A stretch of DNA of 64,000 bases from Octopus sinensis. Lineage: Eukaryota. The position numbers were made by a program, and so were the translations under genes. How positions within the stretch are numbered: position 1 is the stretch's first letter; each line of letters opens with the position of its first letter. Shown one piece after another: positions 25,315 to 39,371 of the stretch. The notes beneath the pieces were generated by a model, which saw only the letters and a program-made list of their open reading frames with translations, was not told the origin of the DNA and searched no databases. The stretch spans positions 25,978,001 through 26,042,000 of the forward strand of contig NC_043002.1 in the NCBI RefSeq assembly GCF_006345805.1, in the 5' to 3' direction.

Positions 25315-26364
25315 TATATATATATAAAAACTAAAAAAAATGTGTTGCACAATTGTACCTTGCGCTTTGTAGCGTACCCTCCATTAGAGTTGTAGCTATT
25401 ATTCAAATAATAAATACGACCACTACTTTTGGCATTATTATAATTTGCAACATTATATAAATTCATTTTAGTATTCTTCATGGCATTGTTTAATATGAAG
25501 CGTGAATCCTTTTAATATATTTTAATGTTTTAGTTATTTTTATTTTGTTGTAATTTACTTATTCACTACTGTCATCGTTTTCTCTAAGATTGGTTATTAG
25601 AAATGTCTGATTTTCTCAAAAGTTGCTATTTGCTCTAGTCTAAGAACTTTTGGTAAAATCCACTGCTTTCTTTCCTCGAGTAATCTTTTAGTAACAATAG
25701 TGAAATAATTGTTCATGTCAAACTGTGTAATTCTGAATTGCTGTCTTCATACTATTGAACGTTTTAATGAATAAGATACTGATGCTCATTTCGCGGTAGT
25801 AATAAAACTATTTCAAGAATTTATATTGTCAAACAATATTGTTTTTTTTTATTAAACTTTCCTATTTCAGATTTTGTTAGCTTAACTGAGTTAGTGAAAG
25901 TGTGACTCACGATATAGCTTTATAGTCCACGAAAAGAAAATATAGTTTGCGTTGAGCTAGAAAGTCAACACAGCCATCTGCTTTAATTTGCGTTGAATTG
26001 TTAGCTTGTGAATTTATTGATTTGCGTGTATTTATATTGTTTTCATTTGTTACGCTGTCCAATAAAACTCCATCGTGTGCATTGTAGTCTATTTCGTACA
26101 GTTTGTTTTGTTGCTATGTTTAATTTCACAAAAATATTTTTAAAGCTGGAAACATATTTGTATGACTTTTAGCCTTGAAAATTTGGTAGATTTTTTTTCT
26201 TATATAAAATAAAGATTTCTAACCTGATTGCTATCGTTTTAAAACGTTAGGCTTTTTAACCAACGAATACCATTGTCGCCTTTTACAAATGAAAATGCTC
26301 CCCACCATTTTTACATACTTGTCGCTTCTGTGGATGAAGCTTTTCATATAAAATTTTTGTAAGG

Positions 26365-26421
<57 letters not shown>

Positions 26422-26827
26422 TGCGCGCACCAACATGTGCACATGTACATAATTCGTTTTAACTGAGACTTCAGGTTTTACCCAAAAACCTACTCAACTG
26501 ATCTAGATACACGGGATATCAGGAGGCGAAATTTGATGTTGCAGTTGAAACGAATTCTATATTAAATTAGACTCAGCTTTGGGAATTGAGTCTCCCCAGT
26601 AGTAAATCTTCAGTTAATATTTTAGAAATTGCTTTAAAATAATAATCTCAAATGAAAATTTTGTCATCACGCACCATACACACACATTTGTATATCTCAA
26701 AGCGCTTATACATATAATTATACATAAACACAAACACACATCATATATGTATGTACATATGAAATTATGTATGTATGTATGTATGCAGGTATGTTTGTAC
26801 GTGCGTACGTATATATGTATGTATACA

Positions 26828-27482
26828 CTGATGGTCCTTTGGAAGACATTCGTCCTCAGCCGCTTGGACTACTGCCCCCAACTATGGTCACCACACAATA
26901 TAAAGTTAACAGCAGAACTCGAAGCAATCCAACGAAGCGACACTAAAAAGATCGTCTCAATACAATATATCAGTTAAGAAGATCGTCTCAATGCAATTAA
27001 AATATATATTAAAATTCTTCTCCCTGGAGCAAAGGCGGGAGAGATATGCACTGATATACATCTGGAAAATCCTGGAGGGTCTTGTCCCGAATTTTGGCAT
27101 TGAAAGTTACCCCAACAGCAGAACGGGGCGCCACTGCATGGTGCCAAAGATCCCAACATCACCATCAAAATACAGGACCAGGTTCTGCAACAGCTTGGGT
27201 TTCAGGGGACCACAGCTGTTCAATATCCTTCCTAAATGCCTGAGAGACCTGGTGTGGATATGGGTTCTTTAAAACTAAGCTGGATCTCTTCTTGTTAGGG
27301 GTCCCAGATAAACCTACCTCTCGGCAGGAAACACAGATGCTGGCAGCGACGTCGAACTCCCTTGTTGACCAAGTGCCACGTATCAGCGGTGGTTTCACAT
27401 ACTAGTGTAGCTCATTCAACGGTGGTGCCCTAGGATGGCCGCAGCTTTCGGGCTTAAACATTTTAAAGGATTTTAAGGATTT
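26828..27482 (+). mobile_element. Second 3' fragment of the same CR1/L2-group LINE family
   Basis: LWKTFVLSRLDYCPQLWSPH, RRERYALIYIWKILEGLVPNFG and LGFRGPQLFNILPK are collinear with the 14346-15000 copy. It ends in an (aaggatttt)-like tail. Confidence 0.9.
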
Positions 27483-27597
27483 ATATATATATATATATAT
27501 GAAATGCACTGCTTTATTTTGAGATTGCCAATATTAACATACAGACTGGAGTTGTAGTGCTCCACGTGAACTATATTCCACACACAAAATCAAATAC

Positions 27598-28170
27598 ATA
27601 TTCTTCTACATCTATAAAACTGAAATAAAATTCCAAATATATAAATATAAAAATACATATAAATATATAAATATAAAAATACATATAAATAGATAAATAT
27701 ATTTATGATATATAAAACACAGTGACCTTTACATTTAAAAGTTACAGTACACTGGTGTAATAAAAATTTGAGATGATAAAACATTAAAAAGACGTACTAA
27801 AATACCACTCGAGAGGCTGGTATGTAATTGTATAATTGTATTTCTGTATTTGTGTTTTTCTTGCATTGTGTGAAAACATCCTGATGAGGGAAGTGTCAGT
27901 TTTAAAAATATGAAATATACCATATTACTTGGCACGTCTCTGAAACGGCCCGTAGATGGAGTTTTAAAATTTTTGTAATATTTTCGTGGTATTTTAGTAC
28001 GTTCTTTTAATGTTTTATCATTAAACTTTTATTGCACCAATGCACTGTAACTTTTAAATCTAAAATTCATTGTGTTTTATGCATCATATCGATATTTATC
28101 TATTTGTATGTATTTTAATATTTATATATTTGGAATTTTTATATCAGTTTTATAAATGTAGAAGAATATA
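27598..28170. repeat. Fold-back with ~190-210 bp arms enclosing a hammerhead
   Basis: 27598-27810 versus 27983-28170. Confidence 0.85.
27877..27958 (+). ncRNA. Type I hammerhead ribozyme motif, canonical core
   Basis: cauc-CUGAUGA-ggga.gugucag...uuggcac.ucuc(u)-GAAAC-GGCCC-GUA-gaug. Stem I is 4 bp and stem II is 4+7 bp with one extra U. Confidence 0.7.
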
Positions 28171-28255
28171 TATATATATATATTTGCTTTTGTGTGTGGT
28201 TATTAATTATGTTCCTCTAGTTTCCGCCTGCATTGCCTCCATTCAGATTATTAAA

Positions 28256-28323
<68 letters not shown>

Positions 28324-29233
28324 GAATATGTATGCATGTATAAGTATATAAGCATATATATATACATATATGTGTAGGCACACACACATATATATTTGTA
28401 TGTATATGCATATTCATAGCAATTTTGTACTATGTAGATAAATTGCTCATTATCGATATCATAATTGGAACATAAGATACGAAAAAAATTTTGTCGAGGC
28501 TACAATTGATTTTTCTCAAAATAGAAAACAAATCTCATTTTAAGAGAAAATTATTTCTAAATATTTCTCGTCTTTTTCAACGCATTTAAACGCTCATCAA
28601 TACCCATACTTATCTTGACACGCACACTTACCTTCGCCCACACATATTTATGTTTTTATCTGCTTTCAGACTATTTACAAAAAACCGAGTATGCGGTTGC
28701 TCACTTTGAAAGAAATAATAGCCAATTCTTTCTAGAATCACCCCTTACTGTATTTCTTTCAAAAGGAAGGACTCTTTCAGCAATATAATTACACATAAAC
28801 GTGCGTGCACAAACGCACATACACACATACACAGAGACAGACACACATACATGCATACACACACAATGGACTTATTTACGAGTCAATGTAGGAGTCTGTA
28901 CATAACTGCTCGGTCTGCGAGAAATATCAACGACACCGCCTTCAAGTTATAATCCCTTTGGACTGTGTATTGTACATTTCGATGAGCCATATGTCTGTTT
29001 CATCAGCAGAAATCCGGTAAAACAGTAAAAACTGCAAAATCATACACTCGCATATGTATGTATGCATGCATGTATGTATGCATGTATTTATTTATCTATC
29101 TCTATCTGCCTGTCTATCTCTCTATTAATGTACGCGCGTGTTTTTGTTTGTGTGAGAGTGATAGTATACATAGATACATACATACATTCATATGTATATA
29201 GCAATATATATATATATATATAATATATATATA

Positions 29234-29278
<45 letters not shown>

Positions 29279-29799
29279 TGTGAGTGTTAGTGTATGTGAA
29301 TATGTGTGTGTATTTGTGTATAAATGTAGAGGTATATCATCATATACTTGCAAAGTAATTGAATAGATGCAGTAACGAAGAAGCGCAATCTTTAACGTTG
29401 TACCTAATATTTGTTGCTTTGTTTAACTTATAAAATCTAAACTCTTGTTTGCCGAACAAATCACAACACTCCTTGCAAATAAAATAGAGATGTGGTGTAA
29501 CTGGAAATAAAAATTTAAATGTTCGAGGATGTATATGTGAACTTCTTCAATATACGTCTGTACCCCGTCCAATTTGTCATGATTATAACAGATAACCATT
29601 CAGCTTATATGTTATGCATATTGCACTTTGTCATGTTTTCTGGTTTGTAGAGGGCACGGAATTATGCAAAGCACTTTGTCAGATATGATATCGTGAATAA
29701 TGACGTGGGTGTATCTTACTTGACAAATAAGATATAGCTCTTATATGAAGTATTTGGTGTCTCTCACATCTCTATCTTCTATCTTCTTTTATTTGTTTC

Positions 29800-30210
29800 A
29801 TCATTGGACTGCAGCCATGGTGGGGTGTTACTTTATAGGGTCTAGTTCAACAAATAAACAGTAGTGTTTATTTAAGTCTGGTAAGTATTCAATCGTTTCT
29901 CTATACCGAACCGCTATGTTACGGGGTCTTAAAAGAACACTGGCTGCAGAGCTTTTGTGGGGTACAAATACAAAGACAAAGACACACACACACGCACACG
30001 CACACACACACACACACACACAATCACACACACGCGCACACACACACATACACACAGATGTATACGACGGGCTTCTTTAAGTTTCCGTCTACCAAATCCA
30101 CTTACAAGTCCGGGGCTATAATTGTGGAGACGGGTCACGAAGTAGAAGAGGACATGACCGCATGGTTGGGAAACAAGTTTTTAAACCAAGCAGGCACCCC
30201 CGCGCCCATG
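29800..30210 (-). mobile_element. SINE family D (other copies ~7045-7187, 33040-33345, 36838-37037, 59840-60270, 60420-60580, all minus)
   Basis: Collinear with 57578-57975: internal (CA)n, gaagcccgtcgtata, and 3' ggcggtgctccagcatggcc hairpin tail. Confidence 0.75.
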
Positions 30211-32014
30211 TAAAAGTTCCATCGATACCAAATCTACTTTCTATTATGGTTGTTGTTTATATTCAGCTAAACTCTGTTCAAGCAGAGCTAAAATTAGCAG
30301 CATTACAATCATGATCATACCGTATATTTCAATCAGTGTGATCCTAGACAACAGAGATCCAGCGATACGCATCACCCATAAGTGAGTATCCCTTAGGAGG
30401 ATATTAGATGCTTTCGCTAATTGTTATATGTGTTTGTGTAGAAATGAGCAGACAACGACACTCTCTCGGTTCTTTCACCTTGAGCCATCGATGATATGAT
30501 AGACAGAGGAAAGAGAGCTGCACCAGCCCTCGGATGGCGTGTATTTAAGCTAGATTAGACTGGAGAAACATGAAATGAAAGAAACAACTCAAAGAAACAA
30601 CTGATCGCCCAGTTCACGATTTTACGGTCATGAGCAAATTAACCTAATCACTTGATCACAAGATTTCTAATTCAAATAAACACTGATAGTGATAATGAAA
30701 TCAATACCTTCGACATCAAGGTATATTTTTCGGCCAGATTCTTCGACAATGATGAGGCATACAATACTACGCCTGATTTCTATTGAAGAATCTGAAATAA
30801 CATCAGAAAATGTAAACGAAATTTAGTCCACCATGAATCAGTTATATATAAATGTCTCTACTTTGTGTTCTATACACTACTTCAAGTATTGTATTCTAGC
30901 TTCCATGCTAATGGAAAGACAGTATATTGCATTTAAAATATTTCTCTGTATTATATTTATCTATCTACTGTCAGAGTGAGCTAGGTATTCTTGAATGTTT
31001 TTGTCTGTGGCAAACATTCAAATTGAACTTTTAATTCAATTCCTCTTTTTACGATAAAAAAAAACGATCGATCAGCGTCTATTTTTGTTTAATGTATTCT
31101 CAATGCTAAATGCTAAATGTATTCTCAATGATGATTGCTAAAGTCTATAAGTAGACAGTAGTCTTGGCTTCTTGAAGCTAACTTTCGACAGCTTTCAGTA
31201 TAAAAATATATAGAATCACGCTACAAATTATTAGGATGTTTTCATTAAGAACTAGGACTGAACTTCAGCAAACTAAGTACCTTCACACTTCAGTCGTATT
31301 ACATATATGTAAAATTATTAAACACAGCAATAATGTTATACACCTTAAGGCGCCGTCTTCAACGGGGTGCCACGAAGAGCTAATATTCTTAATGGCTTCT
31401 ATGATTTTTATGTCGAATTTGATTATGAAGTCGGTCATACCAATAGCTTGAAACATATTTAAGAATCTAATTGCTGGAGGGTATGCTCTATGAAAGCATA
31501 TATTTCGGCTTTAATATCTAAATAATCTGGATGAATTTATTATGTTCCTTTCTCAAGAAGACGTTCATTTATAAATATTGTACCATGTCGAATATCATTA
31601 ATTTTCGGAGCTCTGTTTACTATTTTCTACAACTTTGATCAAAATTTTGTCTCAGCAGTATATCTAAGATATTTACTAAGTTTGTTTAAAACGTTTTCGT
31701 CCGTCGCTCTTTAAAACTTGTGTTCTTTTATGTGACATATTTGTCAAATTTTTCACTGTTGTTCAATGACAGGTGTCTGATTAATATCCATTCTATGTGG
31801 CTGAAATTGATATGATTACTTGTATTACATAATATGTCTAGCCACTAACAACAGCAACAACAACGACAACAACGACAACGACAACAACACTAATAACAGT
31901 TTACTTGAGAAAATTAGTTTTTTTCTTTTTACTCGTACTGGGGAGGAAGAACAAGACAGGAAACTCGACATAATGAATTATTCAGTGTTATTCAGACAAG
32001 AAGTTAATATAATG

Positions 32015-32053
<39 letters not shown>

Positions 32054-32060
32054 ATCTATC

Positions 32061-32096
<36 letters not shown>

Positions 32097-32139
32097 CGTC
32101 TCCCCCTCTCTCCACGCACACATATAAATATAATAATAC

Positions 32140-32172
<33 letters not shown>

Positions 32173-33352
32173 ATAATATATATATATTATATATGTGTGT
32201 GTGTGGAGAGAGAGAGATGCAGGAGAGACGAGGATAGACAGACAGACATATATATATATATATGTACACATTTGAAATATGGTTGTAAATATGTGATCAT
32301 ATAATAAATATTGATTCAATTACACATTTGTACCACGAAATAACAAAACAGCTAATGTAGAATAGACTTCAGATAGCAAACGTAGAACTGAAAGCAAGTT
32401 CAGGTAGTGCAGTCTTTTGAAATAAACTCTAACAGAATAACATTTTGTACAATAGTTGAAGTTCCGTATGCTGTATTTACATTTAAAATCACTATTTCTA
32501 CGATAGTATTTGTTCAACCTCTGATCAACCTTGATCTAACAGAACAGTGAACAAAAGTATCTATGTCTAGAATATTAAAGGTGTCTTCTCTGTATTTTGA
32601 GATATCAGTCGTTCTAATGTGATGAGAGAGGTTTGATTTCTATTCCAGTAGGGTGAGCAACAAGCTTTGTTGTTGGTATTTCGCTCTAGATCGGCCCTGA
32701 TGGAGCGGAAGACTATGGGGGAAAATATTCTAGCTACGACCATGCTGTACTGGTGCACGATTTATCTCAGAATACATTATCCAATACATACCTATTTTAT
32801 AAGAAGATATAGAATGACAATTTAAGAAATACATTGACTACTATATCTGATAGTTCGTCCGGCTACGTAGAAAATTAATGGTTAGTAGTAACAGGATATT
32901 CACAATATACTGTTGCCTTATAGAGATGTAATATATTTCTATAATAAAAGTAAATTTTGGCTTTATAAAGAAAATCATATAGTATTTCTGTTATATTTTA
33001 CGTTCTGAGTTAAGCCAAGACGTATCTTTCTTACATTTTCTATCTGTAAGTCATTGGACTGCGGCTATACTGGAGCACCGTCTTGATGAGTTTAGTCAAA
33101 CAAATAGATCCCTGTATTCATCTAGTCTGGTATTTATTATATCTGTCTCTTCTGCCGAAGCGTCAAGGAATGTCAACAAAGTAACACTGGTTGTTAAGCG
33201 GTACTGGGGGACAAGCACAGACACATGGACACACAAACACATGCACTTAAACATATACACGATGGGCTTCCACAGAATTTCAGCTCACAAATGTCTTTTA
33301 CTGTAGCCCTGAAGTATAGTAGAAGACACTTCGCAGAGGTGCCGCACAATGT

Positions 33353-33475
33353 TTAATCTATCGACCCTGAAAGGATGGAAGGCGAAATCGATCTCAGTGG
33401 AATTTGAACTCAGAGCGTAGCAAGGGAAACGCCGCTAAGCATTTCGTCCAGCGTGCAAACAATTCTGCCAGCTTG
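33353..33475 (-). mobile_element. Family A SINE 5' part next to (TAA)n
   Basis: Reverse complement of the head and core. Confidence 0.75.
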
Positions 33476-33479
33476 CATG

Positions 33480-33529
<50 letters not shown>

Positions 33530-33728
33530 TACAAAGTAATATAAATAAGATTCAAATGTTTTGCTACTTGACTTTTGAACCACTCTCTATTATACTTCGA
33601 ATTTTTTGATAACCCAAAATATAGAATATAATGTAAGATAATTAAGGTTAGGAGTAGCTGTGTAGGCATAGGAGTGGCTGTGTGTTAAGTAGCTTGCTTA
33701 CCAACCACATGGTTCTGGGTTCAGTCCC

Positions 33729-33762
<34 letters not shown>

Positions 33763-33778
33763 ACACACACACACACAC

Positions 33779-33876
<98 letters not shown>

Positions 33877-33877
<1 letters not shown>

Positions 33878-34054
33878 ATTAATGTGACAATTATTCGGTA
33901 GCCATGGTAAAACCCCGAGTTTCAGATGTCGGGGCGGAAACCCACGCCGCTATCTCTTCAGTTATCCGGCCATCGAAAAAATGCTATGAAAATGACCCGA
34001 CATCCGAATCTCGGAGATTTATCATGGCTACCGAATAATTGTCACATGTTAATT
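33877..34054. repeat. ~180 bp fold-back containing a hammerhead
   Basis: aattaatgtgacaattattcggtagccatg versus catggctaccgaataattgtcacatgttaatt. Confidence 0.85.
33906..33966 (-). ncRNA. Type I hammerhead motif inside a fold-back element
   Basis: gauaa-CUGAAGA-gau...auc(u)-GAAAC-UCGGG-GUU-uuacc. The opposite arm carries uuauc, which would pair perfectly with gauaa. Confidence 0.55.
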
Positions 34055-34129
34055 TTACAGATAAATTCCTCTATTTACATAATATCGAGGTCTCTTTCAT
34101 ACTTTTGTTGTCTTACCATTTCTATCAAT

Positions 34130-34294
<165 letters not shown>

Positions 34295-35375
34295 AGTAAT
34301 AAGGCTGCGAAGTAGGTGAAATGTAATAGTGTATTTTTGTAGTATATAAAGAAATATAATGGATTGTCTCATCGGATGCTGTGAAACTCGACTCCAGAGT
34401 TAGCTTCAGATTTAATAACCTCTGTCTTTCCGTCTGTGTCTCTCTATATACATGTAAGTATGTTTGTGTTTATGTGTGTGTATGTGCGTGTACATATGCA
34501 TACATACACTTACATAAATACATACATACATATATTTGTATATGTCTGTGTAAACCTTTGGGTGTGGATGTGCCTTCGTGTAAGTATGCTCAATCGTTTA
34601 TTACTATAAGAATGAAGGAATTGATTTTTTAATAAAAGAATATTTACTCACGCCAATAAAAGTCAGAAAATAACAATTGCAGTAGTTATTAGAAACATGA
34701 GTAAATGTGACGGCTGCAATAATACCATATGAAAAATATTGAACAAACGAGCACATGAAAGATGGTGCTGATGACGAAAGAACAAAACTTGAAAGAAAAC
34801 AAAACAAAAGCAACAAAAAGACAGTAAATAGCATAGTTGATTATTAGTTATTCACTAATCCATTACAACTTCTACGAAAGTAAAATTGGACGCGGAATAA
34901 CGATATACAAAAGATAAAGAAAAAACAAAACAGAAAAAGAAAAAAAAACAACGAAGTAAAATGCATGTTTAAAAAACAAAAGTAAAATGTGTATCTAATT
35001 ATCCTCCTTATGTATTCGTTCAAAACATTTCAAGAGGGATAAAACAAAATGGATAATTTAAAATAAACAATGGAAAATAGAATGATATTAAAGAAAAATG
35101 TGAGGGAGTAATTAGTCACATGTATTCATGAAATAAATATGTTAGTGTGATTAATTATCTATTTATATGACTGTTTAGTCATAATATAAACATATCCATT
35201 ACTATACACAATCCCATTCATTTCCATGGTCGGGAAGGCCAGGAAAACAACCTGTTGCAAAAAGTGCTGAAGCTAATTTGTACACACAATCATATATTCT
35301 ACAACTACTATGGTGAATTTTCAAAGTGTGTGCATGTATATGTGCGTGTGTGTGTGAGTGTGTGCGTATGTGCTC

Positions 35376-35415
<40 letters not shown>

Positions 35416-35696
35416 TTACATACATACATACACACGCGCACATTAATAGGTAAATGTTAAATTAAGATTCTTTTAGAGCAACAGTAATGTAGAACCAGAT
35501 TTCATTTTTACTGGTTTTCACTTCATGGTTTATTCAACCGCTTCAATAAACCATATAACCAACATGAAAGTCTTACTGAAAACGGCAAACATACATATGT
35601 GTGTGTGTGTGTGAGTTGGGACATATACATACATACCTACCTACCTACATATATATATATATGTCAAAAGAGTAAAAAGAGAGTGAAGAGTATATA

Positions 35697-36094
35697 TCTT
35701 TATATATAAAAGTAAGGTTGTGTGTCTGTCTCCTACGATTTAGATTCCTAACTAATCCCACATTTTGCGGTGCAGTTTAACCAAAAGCGGGTATCTTATA
35801 GTTGTGATTCATATCGAGCCCTTCTGGGTATTAGCGCGCGTCTACGATGAGTCTACGATTTGAAAAAAAAAATTACCATCATTTTTTTTCCATTTTAATG
35901 CATTTTTTCGCTATTATATACGGGAAGTAACTCTCTAGAAATGTCTACGATGAGTCAACGATTTAAAAAAAATTTACCATCATTCTTTTTCCATTTTTAA
36001 CGCATTTTTTGCTATTTTTTGGCTATAACTCTCTAAAAATGCTTATATAGTTATTTCCCTTACAAACCCGAGCAACGCCGGGCGATACTGCTAG
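35697..36094 (+). mobile_element. Non-autonomous Helitron
   Basis: A|TCtttatatataaaa start, subterminal hairpin cccg-agcaacgc-cggg, CTAG|T end, and an internal ~80-100 bp tandem duplication. Confidence 0.85.
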
Positions 36095-36309
36095 TATAAT
36101 ATAAAATAATGATGTAGATTCAGCGAGTCTTGTGGATATCATAGAAAGCAAGCTTCTCTCACAGACTAGGTTACCAATCCACGTATTAATACAATACAGA
36201 GTATGATGTAGAATGTAGAATGTTCATGCAAATGAAATTCAGAAGATCTGATCGATGAAAGTATATCATGTGGAGTATATAAACTATAAATGCCAGGAAG
36301 TATGAGAGG

Positions 36310-37559
36310 TGAACGTATATTTATTTAAACACGTGACATCTTCAGGATTACGGCTGTTTCACAACGTTCTTGGTGCAATGATTTCAATATGGCGGAATTT
36401 ATGTTTACACATCTGGACTAACATGCATTCTCCGTATTATACAATGCAGTTGTATATTCATCGAATATGCATTGATTTGTTAATTTACAACTATATTGCA
36501 TAAGCTGAGTATGCATACTAATCTAACCATATATGCATAATTTCTTCCACACGGCAGTGAGAGCTAGCAGTGAAATTCAGGAGGCAGTATGTCGAGGGAC
36601 ATGGCTGTGTTTACTTCACAAGTAGTGAAATTTGTGTTTTGTGATCAATTGTATGCTGTTGCCTGCGATTTTTGTAAAGGACAGACAATTGGAACAAAGA
36701 AATTTTGCGTTGGTGTTGGGAAGTCTGCAACATAGACATTGAACATATTCAGCAAGCTTACAGCAATGAGGCAATGTGTCGTACACAATATTTCGAGTGG
36801 CACGGAGCATCAAAATCCGCAGCTCAATCAAGAGCATATTCTCTTTTACTCTTTTACTTGTTTCAGTCATGTGACTGTGGCCATGCTGGAGCACCACCTT
36901 TAGTCGAACAAATCGAGGATTTATACTTTGTAAGCCTAGTTCTTATTCTATCGGTCTCTTTTGCTGAATCGTTAAGTTACGGGGACGTAAACACACAGGC
37001 ATCGGTTGTCAAGCGATGTTGGGGGGGACAAACACATCGTTTCTTTCGACATCCGCGGTATTGTGCATCGGGAATTCGTCTCCCAGGTGCAGAGTGTCAA
37101 TAGAGGGTTCTACTGTGAAGTTTTGAAGCTTTCAAGGGAGGACATTCGGCGAAAGCGACCATATCTGTGGAACGCGAAAGATTGGATTCTTCCCAATGTC
37201 CCCAAGTTTTCCTCACGCGTGACTGTCTCCGTAAAGACAACATAGTATCGCCTCCTCACCCCCCTATTCGCTAGATTTAGAACCTGCGGACTTCCATCTC
37301 TACTTCAAGATGAAAATGCAGCTCAAAGGTCACCGTTTTAACACCGTTGTCAAGATCAAGAGCAAATCGCAGAAGGTCCTCGACTAACTTACAGAAAACG
37401 ACCTCCAAGTCGGATTCCAAAAATGGCAGGAACGCTGGGACCGGTGTATTGCTGCACAAGGTGACAATTTCGACGAAAGAGATGATGTTAAAACTTAGGT
37501 AAATAAGTTATTTTTTATATTAAACATAATCAGTCTAGGAACTTATTGAGATACCTCGT
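36310..37559 (+). mobile_element. Mariner transposon relic interrupted by a SINE
   Basis: IQQAYSNEAMCRTQYFEWH, FDIRGIVHREFV...FYCEVL, HPPYSLDLEPADF and FQKWQERWDRCIAAQG. The right TIR-like end is gaacttattgagatacctcgt. The left end is uncertain. Confidence 0.8.
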
Positions 37560-38079
37560 TCGGTATATATTTATATAAGACTCCTACAACTCACTCAACA
37601 AGAATTCCCTACTCGAATGGACCATCATACTACAAAACCTGACTTAAAACAGATTTAGCAAATCCTATCAGGTGGTGGTATCTAAGTTATCTAAGCTATA
37701 TATATATATATATATATATGAGAAGGGCAATATACATCAAACATATATACATACATTATGCACACACACACACACATACATGTCTATATGCATTTGTGTG
37801 CTGTGTGCGTATATGTGAGTAGGTGTATATATATATATATAGGCAATTCATAGCATGTATTGCTCCTCTTACAAAATTCGTCTCCTTTAATTGCAATTTT
37901 CTACTACCTGCTGTTATTATTTATTAATTATTGCATGTATAATCCAGTTATCTCTATGAAGCTCTTAAACCATCTTTTTTTTTTCCAGTTACCAACAATA
38001 TTTTCCATTTGCTCTATTCAGTTCCAATTCTGTACAACAAATTCAGTTTTTTTCTTTTTTCTGTTCAGCTAATTCTTAT

Positions 38080-38990
38080 CATTCTTCCGTTATACGAAAC
38101 CTGGAAACTTCTTATGTCATTTTCTCCTTCTCTTAGCTTCTTTAAGTGTCCTCAAACAATCAGATCCATACACTGATACTTAAAATGTCATACTGTGAAA
38201 CCCTTCAAATTGCTCATTTTACTTGATAGATTTTTTCTCTAAATGCCGTTTAGAATTATAACAGCAGATTTTACTACGGCAGCACTTCGTTTTATTTCTT
38301 TGCTGTCGACACATTGACTAGTAATGATACTTCTGAAAAATAGCAAAACTCATACACCATGTTGGCAGTTTGATTACCAATTACTATAGGATCATGTTGG
38401 TGATTTGCTTCTGACACAATCAATGATTCAGTTTTGTCGAACGAATAAATCATAATATTCAAGTTTTTCTGTCAGCATCTTCATGACAACTCTCAATTCC
38501 TCTAAGCTACCCGCAACAGGAACAATGTCATTGGAATATTTGAAATTGGTGGCCATCCGTTCACCCATTATTAACTTTACGGTCAAAATATTCTTGATCT
38601 TTCCTCATTATACATTATGAATAATGAAGGAAAAAAGATACATCATTCAGTCTCAAAATGACTCTGCATCACATTAGTTTCTCAGATGCTGTGTCCTAAG
38701 AAAACAAGTGATTCGAATTATATAAAATGTCGAGAAAATCCCATTTCAACCATCATTAGACAAAAGTTGGATGAATAATTGTGTCACATGTTTTTCGATA
38801 GCCAATAAAAGCAGTAAACAATTCTTTGTCACGTTCTCTCGAGTCCCATGAATAACCATTTTCAGGTTAAGAATAGCAACGCTGCTTCCCTTTTCAGATC
38901 TAAAAACGATTTGTTCTACTGCTATTTCTATTTTACATGTGATTTTAATTCTGTTGGTAATAATCTTGAGATTTTACCAGCAAATCTAAA
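38080..38990 (-). pseudogene. RTE-clade LINE reverse transcriptase relic
   Basis: Degraded motifs EIAVEQIVFR, RERDKELFTAFIGY, NFKYSNDI (YADD box) and SKEIKR occur in RTE order, with many stops and frameshifts. Confidence 0.7.
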
Positions 38991-39371
38991 TATACACTTG
39001 CATGTGTATGTGTGTGAGTGCGAGTATACATGTATGTATGTATGTATGTATGTATGTATGTATGTATGTATGTATGTATGTATGTATGTACCTATCTGTT
39101 CATCTATCACTTTAGGTACACACAAAAATATATGTATTTACATGTATGTAAACATATTCGTGCGTACACACACTCACACACATACACACACGCACAAACA
39201 CACATATAGATATAAGTATGTGTGATTATATATATATAAACACATGCATATGTATATACATACATACATATATATATATATGTGTGTGTGTGTGTGTTTG
39301 TGTGATGGCGCGTGGCTTAGTGGTTAGGGACATTCGGCTCATGATAGTAAGGTCGTGAGTTCAATTCCCGC

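Noticed and set aside
28970-29015. Minus-strand CTGATGA...GAAAT-GTA
   Set aside because: Stem II and stem I do not pair.
31230-31620. Possible RTE pre-RT fragment on the minus strand
   Set aside because: It is too degraded to support beyond a vague motif.
34766-34782. CTGATGAcGAAA hammerhead-like string
   Set aside because: There is no stem II, stem III or stem I pairing.
36335-36362. Minus-strand GAAAC-AGCC-GTA-atc-CTGAAGA (type II order)
   Set aside because: Only 3 nt lie between the cut site and the core, too short for stem I.
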